Of a DNA stretch of 64,000 bases, positions 1-7,311 are shown one piece after another. This DNA is from a virus: the IMG/VR virus record IMGVR_UViG_3300037572_000374, positions 14,506 through 78,505 of that record, one strand, 5' to 3'. The translations under genes were made by a program, and so were the position numbers. The notes under the pieces are model-generated. The model made no database searches and was not told the DNA's origin. It saw only the letters and a list, made by a program, of their open reading frames with translations. How positions within the stretch are numbered: the stretch's first letter is position 1; the number at the start of each line of letters is the position of its first letter.

Positions 1-20
1 ACACAAAAACTAATAAAGAT

Positions 21-482
21 ATGACACTAAATGAGAAAAGAAAACTTTGGAGAGATGCTAACCCTGATAAGGTTAAAGCATCTAGAGATAAATGGAATCA
101 ATCTAACAAAGATAAGCTAGCAGGCTACAATAAGAAATGGAATGAGGATAATAAGGAAGCTAACAGAGCCATTAACTTAGAGAGACAGAGAGCCTACAGA
201 AAGACAAAGGTTGGTGTAGTTACTTGCATATATGGAGGTATGAAGGTTAGTAGTAAGAGAAGACAACACCCTGCACCAAACTTTTCTTCAAAAGAATTGA
301 GGGAGTGGATATTCTCTCAACCAAACTTTGAACAACTCTATACTGATTGGGTAGCTTCTGATTACAGCAGATGGATGAAACCTTCTTGTGACAGAATAGA
401 CAGTTCTCTACCCTACACATTTGATAATCTTCAGCTAATGACTTGGAGAGAGAATGACAAAAAAGAGAAGTCTAACCTATAA
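21..482 (+). CDS. HNH-like endonuclease family protein
   Basis: C-terminal PSCDRIDSSLPYTFDNLQLMTWREN resembles phage HNH-like nucleases; basic repetitive N-terminus. Confidence 0.5.
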   Translation: MTLNEKRKLWRDANPDKVKASRDKWNQSNKDKLAGYNKKWNEDNKEANRAINLERQRAYRKTKVGVVTCIYGGMKVSSKRRQHPAPNFSSKELREWIFSQPNFEQLYTDWVASDYSRWMKPSCDRIDSSLPYTFDNLQLMTWRENDKKEKSNL

Positions 483-646
483 AGATCACCTATTACTTTC
501 AACCATGCAACAGTTAATATCATAAAGTAATAGCATAATCACTAATGGACATAACCAAAAGTGAATAGAGATAGAGAGGACCTCTGAGGATTGAACACAG
601 GTAAATAAACAAGGAAAGGACCTTTGTTCAATCAAACATAGGTAAC

Positions 647-689
647 AAAAAAAAAGACCCTAGAGATTAATTACTTCTCTAGAGTCTTA
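647..689 (-). terminator. Rho-independent terminator of the leftward transcript
   Basis: Minus strand stem AAGACTCTAGAGA/TCTCTAGGGTCTT followed by a long T run. Confidence 0.75.
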
Positions 690-694
690 GTTTT

Positions 695-913
695 ATTAAG
701 TGAGGCTGTGCCTTAGGAGATCTCTTTTGAGATACAGAGCTGATACTCTTTCATCCTCCTCTCCTATCAGAGAGAGTTATTTTGTTACACAGTTATGAGA
801 AACTTCTTCTCGTCCTTTGCTCAAGTTCATTATCTTGTCCTATTATTATAGATGCTCTACTTTAAGCTAACCTCCGTCTGGAGACTTGGTAGTAATGTTA
901 CCCCAAGACCTTC
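695..913 (-). ncRNA. 3' half of candidate large structured ncRNA
   Basis: No credible ORF; 703-740 is an imperfect inverted repeat of 2828-2866; 823-831 pairs with 2792-2800; ends at a terminator. Confidence 0.5.
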
Positions 914-927
914 TATAAACAATTAAA

Positions 928-1095
928 TTAATCATTTCCGTTAGGGCAACACCAGCCGTTTACCTTTATAGTTTTACCATCACCATATTTTTCAATTATC
1001 TTAATTGCTTTTTTCATAGCTTTACCGTCTAACGGCTTACCGTCTGTTTGTGTAGGACACCCACACCACCCACATCTAAATAAGTTTGCATTCAT
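928..1095 (-). CDS. Cassette ORF, 55 aa, Cys-rich (CGWCGC...WCC), possible Zn-binding
   Basis: Translated by hand: MNANLFRCGWCGCPTQTDGKPLDG...VNGWCCPNGND*; below ORF track cutoff. Confidence 0.6.
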   Translation of the reverse strand: MNANLFRCGWCGCPTQTDGKPLDGKAMKKAIKIIEKYGDGKTIKVNGWCCPNGND

Positions 1096-1137
1096 AATTA
1101 TTAATTTAAAAGTTCATATACAATTCGTTGTAGGCAA

Positions 1138-1386
1138 TTAAAGCCTTTCCATTATTTCCGAAAGCCTATCACTATTATGCGGTTGGCAGTTATCATAAGC
1201 AAAGTCTTTTAAATCTTCTAAAGCTTTTAACTGTTCGCTTCGCCCCACAACATCGGTTAAAGTTAATTGCTCAGTTTTGTACTCGTTTAAATAAGCATCC
1301 ATTGCTTTATGTATTTCATCCCATTGCATAGGCGTTAATCTACCTATCATTGGGTGTAATTTTAAAATGTCTTGTTTGTTTTTCAT
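1138..1386 (-). CDS. Cassette ORF, hypothetical protein (start probably MKNKQD)
   Basis: ORF track 1138-1422; reads through an attC-like arm (LTLTDVVGRSEQL). Confidence 0.55.
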   Translation of the reverse strand: MKNKQDILKLHPMIGRLTPMQWDEIHKAMDAYLNEYKTEQLTLTDVVGRSEQLKALEDLKDFAYDNCQPHNSDRLSEIMERL

Positions 1387-1449
1387 TTTATGTTTATTTA
1401 ATTCTGTTAATATCCCACGCAACTAACCATATACTAATACGTTATAAAC
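1243..1449. repeat. attC-like hairpin site (long loop)
   Basis: CCCCACAAC..GTTAATTGC pairs with GCAACTAAC..GTTATAAAC. Confidence 0.5.
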
Positions 1450-1451
1450 AA

Positions 1452-1592
1452 TTAAAAATAACCGCTTTCGTGCAATCTAATATAAGCCTCGCAATTTGCA
1501 AGGTTGCTTTGGTACGCAACACTATCATCATCTGCATTTAATACTTGGTAAGTATCGTTCATAAGTAATTGTACTCTAAAATTTCGTTCCAT
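1452..1592 (-). CDS. Cassette ORF, 46 aa hypothetical
   Basis: Translated by hand: MERNFRVQLLMNDTYQVLNADDDSVAYQSNLANCEAYIRLHESGYF*. Confidence 0.6.
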   Translation of the reverse strand: MERNFRVQLLMNDTYQVLNADDDSVAYQSNLANCEAYIRLHESGYF

Positions 1593-1611
1593 AATTCATT
1601 TATTTTTAAAA

Positions 1612-1691
1612 GTTAATAACACCGCATATAATTCATTTGCAACTTGTCTGTGCGGTAAGGCAAACAAATCATATTCGTTTCCGTTATAAAC
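1612..1691. repeat. attC-like hairpin site
   Basis: AAC..CATATAATTCATTTGC pairs with GCAAACAAATCATATT..GTT. Confidence 0.65.
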
Positions 1692-1887
1692 AATTTAATA
1701 CTAAACTTTTACCTTTCAATATAGCATAGTCTTGTATCTGTGTCATAAAAAGCACAACTCCACTATTATTAGGTCTGTGCTTACTGTACATTAAAAGCAT
1801 ACCAAAAGAATTATTGTATTGTTCAATAGTTTTACTGCTTTTTAAACACTTGTAAATTTTGTCTAATTTTTTAAATTCTGTTTTCAT
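1684..1887 (-). CDS. Cassette ORF, 67 aa hypothetical
   Basis: ORF track; stop codon lies inside the TAAC core of the site. Confidence 0.6.
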   Translation of the reverse strand: MKTEFKKLDKIYKCLKSSKTIEQYNNSFGMLLMYSKHRPNNSGVVLFMTQIQDYAILKGKSLVLNCL

Positions 1888-1903
1888 ATTTCCGTATTAA
1901 AAA

Positions 1904-2002
1904 GTTAATAACAACGTATAAAATTAATACGCTATGATGGTCAGTACTTTAATTTAAACTTCTGTAATAGGCGTACTAACCTTATACCTATCAGTTGGTG
2001 AT
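1904..2002. repeat. attC-like hairpin site
   Basis: AAC..GTATAAAATTAATACGC pairs with GCGTACTAACCTTATAC..GTT. Confidence 0.7.
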
Positions 2003-2004
2003 AA

Positions 2005-2229
2005 TTAGGGCTTATCTCCTAAAAAAGAAAGTCCTTCAAACAACTCTACATATTTGCCAAATACGTTCTTAACTCCAAGTATATTAAATATAATAAGGCT
2101 TATAAGCATAGGTACATATAGCAAGGCTACTACAAACAAAACCCTAACTATAACCAACACCCTATATAAAATATTAAATAGTATTGTTTCTTTAAAAGGC
2201 TTGTCGTTTACTTTTAATTGTATTTTCAT
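2005..2229 (-). CDS. Cassette ORF, 74 aa membrane protein
   Basis: ORF track; long hydrophobic stretch; starts inside an attC-like loop. Confidence 0.55.
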   Translation of the reverse strand: MKIQLKVNDKPFKETILFNILYRVLVIVRVLFVVALLYVPMLISLIIFNILGVKNVFGKYVELFEGLSFLGDKP

Positions 2230-2288
2230 TTTTATAAAATTTAAGTTATTATTAATTTAACATTCCATATATGCGAAACGTTATATGC
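2150..2288. repeat. attC-like hairpin site
   Basis: AAC..TATATAAAATATTAAAT pairs with ATTTAACATTCCATATATG..GTT. Confidence 0.6.
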
Positions 2289-2424
2289 AATTAAACATTC
2301 GTTGTATATCTTCGTTTGGTACATCTTTCCAAAACATCTGTCTAAACATACAATAGTATTTATTTGTTTTCTCTTGTTTTTCTGTTGGCGTTAAGTTATT
2401 CCACCATATATTAAAGTTCTTCAT
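2281..2424 (-). CDS. Cassette ORF, 47 aa hypothetical
   Basis: Translated by hand: MKNFNIWWNNLTPTEKQEKTNKYYCMFRQMFWKDVPNEDIQRMFNCI*; stop inside TAAC core. Confidence 0.6.
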   Translation of the reverse strand: MKNFNIWWNNLTPTEKQEKTNKYYCMFRQMFWKDVPNEDIQRMFNCI

Positions 2425-2441
2425 CTCTCAAAGTATTAAAA

Positions 2442-2541
2442 GCATATAACAAAGGCTAAAATTAATAGCCTAAATACGCTTAGTTTTTTAATTGATTAGT
2501 TCATTACTTAGGCTACTAATCTTAGCCAAACCGTTAGGCAG
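2442..2541. repeat. attC-like hairpin site
   Basis: AAC-AAA-GGCTAAAATTAATAGCCTAAATA pairs with TACTTAGGCTACTAATCTTAGCC-AAACC-GTTAGGC (GTTRRRY). Confidence 0.75.
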
Positions 2542-2580
2542 AACATTAAAACGATTTGCCAACAATGTATATAAACAATT

Positions 2581-2875
2581 TCTCAAATGATTGGATCCTC
2601 TTTCAACCCATTTCACTCTTTTATTTAACTACATCCCTTAGGGATGTAAGCAATTGTCCTTAATGTATTGAAGTTTGTTAGTGGGATTGCAATGCCATCT
2701 TTGAATAGCTAGCCTATTATTTAACGTGACTTACACACGGTAGTATTACTATAGCTTGACAAGCCTATTAACATGTTACTTCAAAATTTTCAATGAACTT
2801 ATGTCTTGGTAGGCTAGTGAGAGACTTGCTCTGCTTCTTCGAGAACCTTTCCTAAAAAGGCTGCCTTCTTTCGAC
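2581..2875 (-). ncRNA. 5' half of candidate large structured ncRNA
   Basis: No credible ORF, starts just downstream of promoter 2880-2912, has local hairpins (ACATCCCTTAGGGATGT 2631-2647) and long-range complementarity to 703-839. Confidence 0.5.
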
Positions 2876-2879
2876 ATGA

Positions 2880-2912
2880 TAAAGATACTCTTATTTAAAC
2901 ATACGGGGCAAC
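2880..2912 (-). promoter_or_regulatory. Bacteroidota sigmaA-type promoter (TTG..GAGTATCTTTA)
   Basis: Copy of recurrent motif; matches -33 TTG / -7 TAnnTTT spacing. Confidence 0.75.
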
Positions 2913-2929
2913 AAAAAGTTTAATTATTT

Positions 2930-3175
2930 TTAATTATTTTTTTGAGGCAAAGTTAAAATTAACACTACCACCTTTACTAGTGTGGCTCCCATGATTGAAA
3001 AAGCTATATGTTTATTTGGCATATCTGCAAACTCTTTAAAGCCATACACAAGCATGCCATCCATTACTAACATAAGTATTAAAGGTAACATTGCAAATTC
3101 TTGAGGTAGTAATCTACCTATTCTCTGAGATACTAATGCTATCAAAAGCATCCCTACTATTAGTCCTATTATCAT
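2930..3175 (-). CDS. Small membrane protein (about 3 TM)
   Basis: Hydrophobic 81 aa ORF overlapping the upstream stop. Confidence 0.6.
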   Translation of the reverse strand: MIIGLIVGMLLIALVSQRIGRLLPQEFAMLPLILMLVMDGMLVYGFKEFADMPNKHIAFSIMGATLVKVVVLILTLPQKNN

Positions 3176-3846
3176 TTTTTTATTGCTATTGCGATTTGTG
3201 CAGCCATAATCCTGGCTCCTTGGTCATTATTGTGTACATGATCGTGATAGTTGTTTAAATTGATGCTACCATCTGCATTTAACATTGGGGTTCTTAAATC
3301 AATGATTTCAAACCCTGGTGTGCTGTCAAACATTTGACTTATGATCTCAGTCCTTGCTATGTGATTGCCATCACCATTGTCTGTTCTTGGTATCTCAGCA
3401 CAATAGAATACTTTGGATCCTTGAGCTAGCTTCTGTGTTATGATAAAAGATATTGTGTCAACTGATGTTTGTAAATCTCTATCATTCGTTCCAAACATGA
3501 TAACATAAATGTCAGCCAAAGGAATATCATCATACCTATCCATCAAGTTCTGAGAATTGGATCCACCTACAGCATCATGACCAAAGTTGTATTGGTCTGT
3601 TAATGATCCCACAAAGACAAATCTATTCTTTGCCTTGTGGTTGATATAATATCTCAGCTTTGAACTTCCGTGGCTGATGAATCTGCTATCTCCAATTGTC
3701 GATACAGTTTGAACTGGAGGGGGTGTTGGAATTATCTCAACCTCGTCAAACATTTTTTGTTCAGAATATAATTCTAACTGCTCATTGTCTTGACAACTTG
3801 TAAACAATACAAGTGCTACTAAAAAATTTCTTATACTACTTATCAT
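3172..3846 (-). CDS. SGNH/GDSL hydrolase, predicted lipoprotein
   Basis: IGDS, GGSNS, FGTND and DHVH blocks; lipobox LFTS-C; start moved to MISSIRN. Confidence 0.75.
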   Translation of the reverse strand: MISSIRNFLVALVLFTSCQDNEQLELYSEQKMFDEVEIIPTPPPVQTVSTIGDSRFISHGSSKLRYYINHKAKNRFVFVGSLTDQYNFGHDAVGGSNSQNLMDRYDDIPLADIYVIMFGTNDRDLQTSVDTISFIITQKLAQGSKVFYCAEIPRTDNGDGNHIARTEIISQMFDSTPGFEIIDLRTPMLNADGSINLNNYHDHVHNNDQGARIMAAQIAIAIKK

Positions 3847-4126
3847 AATAATTGATTTGGTTTTTATGTTGTTTTGCAATTGGAGTATTAAAGAGTGGTC
3901 CCACATTAACAATATTGTTATCCATTACATAATCAAATGCAGCTGGGCACCCCTCTATCTCCCAAACACGTCCAGTGCTGTCTTCAGTTACTACAAATAT
4001 GTTTACATCATACTGCTCTTGCATTATATCATACTCTATGTAGTAATCGTTACCTTCTATTTTAAATTCGTGCACAGCTCCTCTTAGCAAAGCATCTACC
4101 GATATTACTCCTTCACGCATTGTCAT
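3836..4126 (-). CDS. Hypothetical protein
   Basis: ORF track, operon-like overlaps. Confidence 0.55.
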   Translation of the reverse strand: MTMREGVISVDALLRGAVHEFKIEGNDYYIEYDIMQEQYDVNIFVVTEDSTGRVWEIEGCPAAFDYVMDNNIVNVGPLFNTPIAKQHKNQINYYDK

Positions 4127-4317
4127 TTTTTTATATTTTTTAAAATTTGTGTAATTGATAATGGCATTACATCTTCCATTGTTGGATTCTCATCCCATTC
4201 TACTATTGCATCCGCCGGGTATCCTTTCAGGATTCTTTCACACTCCTTGTCTTGGACAAAGTCTGTTACTGACGTATTGATAAGGTGTCTCTTACCGTTT
4301 ATGACTAGTACCTCCAT
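4123..4317 (-). CDS. Hypothetical protein
   Basis: ORF track, ATGA overlap. Confidence 0.55.
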   Translation of the reverse strand: MEVLVINGKRHLINTSVTDFVQDKECERILKGYPADAIVEWDENPTMEDVMPLSITQILKNIKK

Positions 4318-4459
4318 TAGATTATTGCTTTTAAGATTTTAATAGCTACCATTTGTTCTTCCTTAGTCATAGACATAAACTTTTCATTGAACTGTTCGTT
4401 GTCTACTAAGAACTGTGCTATCTTTTTATTCTGTTGTTTAGTTATAAATTTTTTCATAA

Positions 4460-4672
4460 TTAATATTTTAAATTTGTTCCAAATGTTTTGTTGAAGTCTT
4501 CACATCCTATCTGAATAGGTCTCTCCTCAACAATGTACTCTCCTTTTCTAAGAATCGTTTCATACCCATCGAACCAATCGTTAAGCTCCTTTTGCCATTG
4601 TGCCTTTTGCTGCTCAGTACTGAGACATGCTCTTACTTGTGTCAATTGTAATTGACTTAAAATTAAATCCAT
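4460..4672 (-). CDS. Hypothetical protein
   Basis: ORF track. Confidence 0.5.
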   Translation of the reverse strand: MDLILSQLQLTQVRACLSTEQQKAQWQKELNDWFDGYETILRKGEYIVEERPIQIGCEDFNKTFGTNLKY

Positions 4673-5070
4673 TTATCTTTTGTATTTTGTGTTATGATCT
4701 CTCCTTGGGTACTATAAAAAGTTTCTACAATTTGATTACCAGCATCTACAAATGCATACATTACATTTCCGCACGTACCATATAATGTTAAATCTTTTGT
4801 GTGTCCTAATATATTTTTCATATCTATAAATTGAATACTTCAGCAACTGTTAAGGCAACTACCCCTAGTACAATTATCTGCACTATGAAGATTACTGTTT
4901 GTTTGGTTTCAGCTTTCATTATGCTCTTGGTATAACTTGTTTGTTAGCAAAATGGTCTATCTTTAAACCATTGCTTAGTGTAACTGTGTACAAAGGTTTT
5001 GTACTTGTAATCTTCTTGTAATTAAAAATGTAATTTAATAATGCCCTCATAATATTTATTTTAATTTTGG

Positions 5071-5102
5071 TAAAGATACTCTATCTAGAAACATCTAGCA
5101 AC
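5071..5102 (-). promoter_or_regulatory. sigmaA-type promoter motif
   Basis: GTTGC..GAGTATCTTTA on minus strand. Confidence 0.7.
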
Positions 5103-5189
5103 TTTTATTTGATTTATTTTTAAAACTTATTTGAAAGGCTTCTAAGCGATCCAAATAAGTTTTTGATATATCTTATCGTTTAGCAAACA

Positions 5190-5399
5190 TTAAAGCTCTA
5201 TAAACAAGTCATATGGAGTCTGAGCAAAGTACATTGGCATCAGTCCTTTAAGGTCTATAACAAATCCATATCTCATGTTGATAAGAAAATCATTGTTAGT
5301 TAATTCTTCAACTAGGGCTTCTCCACAAGTTGGGTACTTTATTGCATATGCATTTAGTGCTTCAAGTACTTGAGGTTTCAATTTTTGTAATAAGTTCAT
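5190..5399 (-). CDS. Hypothetical protein (start MNLLQK)
   Basis: ORF track trimmed to the ATG downstream of the promoter motif. Confidence 0.55.
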   Translation of the reverse strand: MNLLQKLKPQVLEALNAYAIKYPTCGEALVEELTNNDFLINMRYGFVIDLKGLMPMYFAQTPYDLFIEL

Positions 5400-5414
5400 A
5401 ATTTCTATTTTTGG

Positions 5415-5446
5415 TAAAGATACTCTAAATGAAAACACTAGGCAAC
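5415..5446 (-). promoter_or_regulatory. sigmaA-type promoter motif
   Basis: GTTGC..GAGTATCTTTA on minus strand. Confidence 0.7.
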
Positions 5447-5529
5447 ATTTATCTTATTTATTTTCAATTATTTATTAATTTTCTCATTTTTTCTACTCTC
5501 CTGAGGACCACTTTTTAAAGGGTCTAACT

Positions 5530-5549
5530 TAACCTTCATATAATAGAAG
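5530..5549 (+). promoter_or_regulatory. Candidate phage RNAP promoter, copy 1
   Basis: TAACCTTCATATAATAGAAG, identical in four intergenic places. Confidence 0.65.
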
Positions 5550-5703
5550 AAATAAAAATAAGAAGAAAAAAAAACAGTTTTATTTAAAGGGGTTTTTACA
5601 AGGTATATTAAAGAGAAGAAGAGGGATAAAAAAAAACGCGATTTCAATAATGCGCGCTTGAGATAAATTCGCCGCTTAAAATATTCCTCTATTTCATAAA
5701 GAC

Positions 5704-5735
5704 AATAGAGGGATCCAATTACAGATCCCTCTATT
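5704..5735. terminator. Hairpin, probable bidirectional terminator
   Basis: AATAGAGGGATC-loop-GATCCCTCTATT perfect 12 bp stem. Confidence 0.65.
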
Positions 5736-5739
5736 TGAA

Positions 5740-6435
5740 TTATTTGTTAGTTCTTATTATATTTCTAATGTAAGAAATGTGACCTCCTATTAGCATTTGA
5801 ATGTCTTTAGTTGACTTCCCTGCATTGAAAAGAATCATGATTTGTTCTTTCTTGCTTTGCTTGGTATCAACTTCAACTGCTTTTTCTTGAGTAGGATTGT
5901 TAACTGTACCTGGCTTATCTCTTAATGTACAAATGAATCTCCAGTGAGAAGCTTTTTCAGTACAATTAACCCAAATTAATCTTGCGTGAGCTGTTCCTAA
6001 GAAGTCATTATCACCTCTTTGGTAAATTTCTCCAGTAATTAAGAAAGACATCTCTTGAGCTGACTCAATCCAAGTATCTTTTACTGTCAAATATCCTTTA
6101 GTTAATCCAAATCCTACTAATTTTTGAGATACATTAGCGATTTTTGCATCAAAATTCTCTTTAGCATCAGCTACCCAATCTAATTGGTTGGTGAATTTTC
6201 TATCTAATTGACCTTGGATACGTCTAATTGACTGATCTAAATCCTTAATTTGACGAGAATCTGTAGTTTCACCTCTCTTATCCCACAATAAATCTACTCT
6301 ATTCTGTAATTGTTTAGTGTGAAAATGAACAACTGCACCATAAAATCTCTCTCTTAATGCGATTGTACTAGAATTCATTGTTCTGTAAGCCTTGTTATAC
6401 TCATCTTTTGCTCTTTTTTCTGCTGCTTTTGACAT
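5740..6435 (-). CDS. Early protein with C-terminal helix-turn-helix
   Basis: KKEQIMILFNAGKSTKDIQMLIGGHISYIRNII is HTH-like; start moved to MSKAAEK after the promoter. Confidence 0.55.
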   Translation of the reverse strand: MSKAAEKRAKDEYNKAYRTMNSSTIALRERFYGAVVHFHTKQLQNRVDLLWDKRGETTDSRQIKDLDQSIRRIQGQLDRKFTNQLDWVADAKENFDAKIANVSQKLVGFGLTKGYLTVKDTWIESAQEMSFLITGEIYQRGDNDFLGTAHARLIWVNCTEKASHWRFICTLRDKPGTVNNPTQEKAVEVDTKQSKKEQIMILFNAGKSTKDIQMLIGGHISYIRNIIRTNK

Positions 6436-6476
6436 AATTTTGTTGTTTTTTTGTTTGATTGTCCTTATTGACATCA

Positions 6477-6509
6477 TAAAGATACTCTTTTTTAGATATA
6501 CAAAGCAAC
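6477..6509 (-). promoter_or_regulatory. sigmaA-type promoter motif
   Basis: GTTGCTTTGTAT..GAGTATCTTTA on minus strand. Confidence 0.7.
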
Positions 6510-6707
6510 TTTTTGCTAAAAAAAGTGCCCTTTTTTTTAAAATAATTTTAAAATACCTATAATTACACTCCCAAACAACCCACAAAGATCCTTTTTTTTT
6601 TAAAGCGAGGCAACTTTTTTGTTATTTTTTTTAGATAATCGTCTATTTTTCACAGTATTTAGCTATAATTTTGCCAACATTAACACCCTGATACTGAGAA
6701 TAATAGT

Positions 6708-6727
6708 TAACCTTCATATAATAGAAG
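6708..6727 (+). promoter_or_regulatory. Candidate phage RNAP promoter, copy 2 (late operon)
   Basis: TAACCTTCATATAATAGAAG, 67 bp before the first virion-module gene. Confidence 0.75.
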
Positions 6728-6793
6728 GAAAAGTCGTTCTGTTTTACTGTAACATATTTTTCTTTAATAGTATTAATTTAAAATAATAGAATT

Positions 6794-7243
6794 ATGAGCA
6801 AAAGTATAGTAGTATCAGAACAGGAATTAAAAGAAGTGAAGTATCATGACTTATTAGCTAAGTTTACTGAGCTTGGTATTCCTCAAGTTTGGAAGGCTGG
6901 AAAGAAAAAGGCTACAATGATTGAAAAGGCCATTGAAGAATTAAAGATTAAAAAATCTTTAGAAGCTAAAGGGTTAAGTGAAAAAGAAGTTGAAGTAGAA
7001 CTTGAAGCAATCAAAGAAAAGAAAGTTGAACTACAGCAGGCTGAAAAGCTTGAGGTAGCAATACAAGCAGAATTAGAAGAAAAGAAAGAAGTTAAGAAAG
7101 TAGTAGATGCAGATCTCTCGAGAGAAGTAATTGAAGCTAACTTAGTAAACATTAAGAAGCAGATGATACAATGTGTACCAGCTCACAGAATGATTCTTAT
7201 CAAGAAGAGAGATTTATTATTAGATCTTCTTTCTAAAATATAA
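6794..7243 (+). CDS. Hypothetical coiled-coil protein, virion module
   Basis: ORF track; position. Confidence 0.6.
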   Translation: MSKSIVVSEQELKEVKYHDLLAKFTELGIPQVWKAGKKKATMIEKAIEELKIKKSLEAKGLSEKEVEVELEAIKEKKVELQQAEKLEVAIQAELEEKKEVKKVVDADLSREVIEANLVNIKKQMIQCVPAHRMILIKKRDLLLDLLSKI

Positions 7244-7311
7244 TACATTGGGGAGGCCATGCATGTAAAAGCCCTGTCTCCCTTTTATGTATCTGCTTAA
7301 AAGACAAATAC

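Larger units (their letters stand above)
914..2580. mobile_element. Integron-like cassette array with attC-like hairpins, no integrase in window
   Basis: Five complete AAC...GTT imperfect palindromes plus two partial arms separate six tiny ORFs; cassette ends are mutually complementary; flanked by TATAAACAATT direct repeats; no GATC. Confidence 0.65.

Noticed and set aside
914-2580. CRISPR array or simple terminator series
   Set aside because: Repeats are not identical, spacing is irregular and gene-sized, and the hairpins lack GC stems with U tails.
647-2880. tRNA, tmRNA, RNase P or group I/II intron identity for the non-coding flanks
   Set aside because: No cloverleaf/TTCGA-CCA, no GAGGAAAGTCC, no intron catalytic motifs recognised; no tRNA was recognised anywhere in the window.
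1350-4087. Plus-strand ORFs 1350-1541, 2054-2260 and 3857-4087
   Set aside because: Antisense to the leftward transcription unit; low-complexity translations.
5740-6585. Long N-terminal extensions in the ORF track (also 5438, 22846, 29368, 47563)
   Set aside because: They run through promoter or terminator motifs; downstream ATGs with A-rich leaders fit better.
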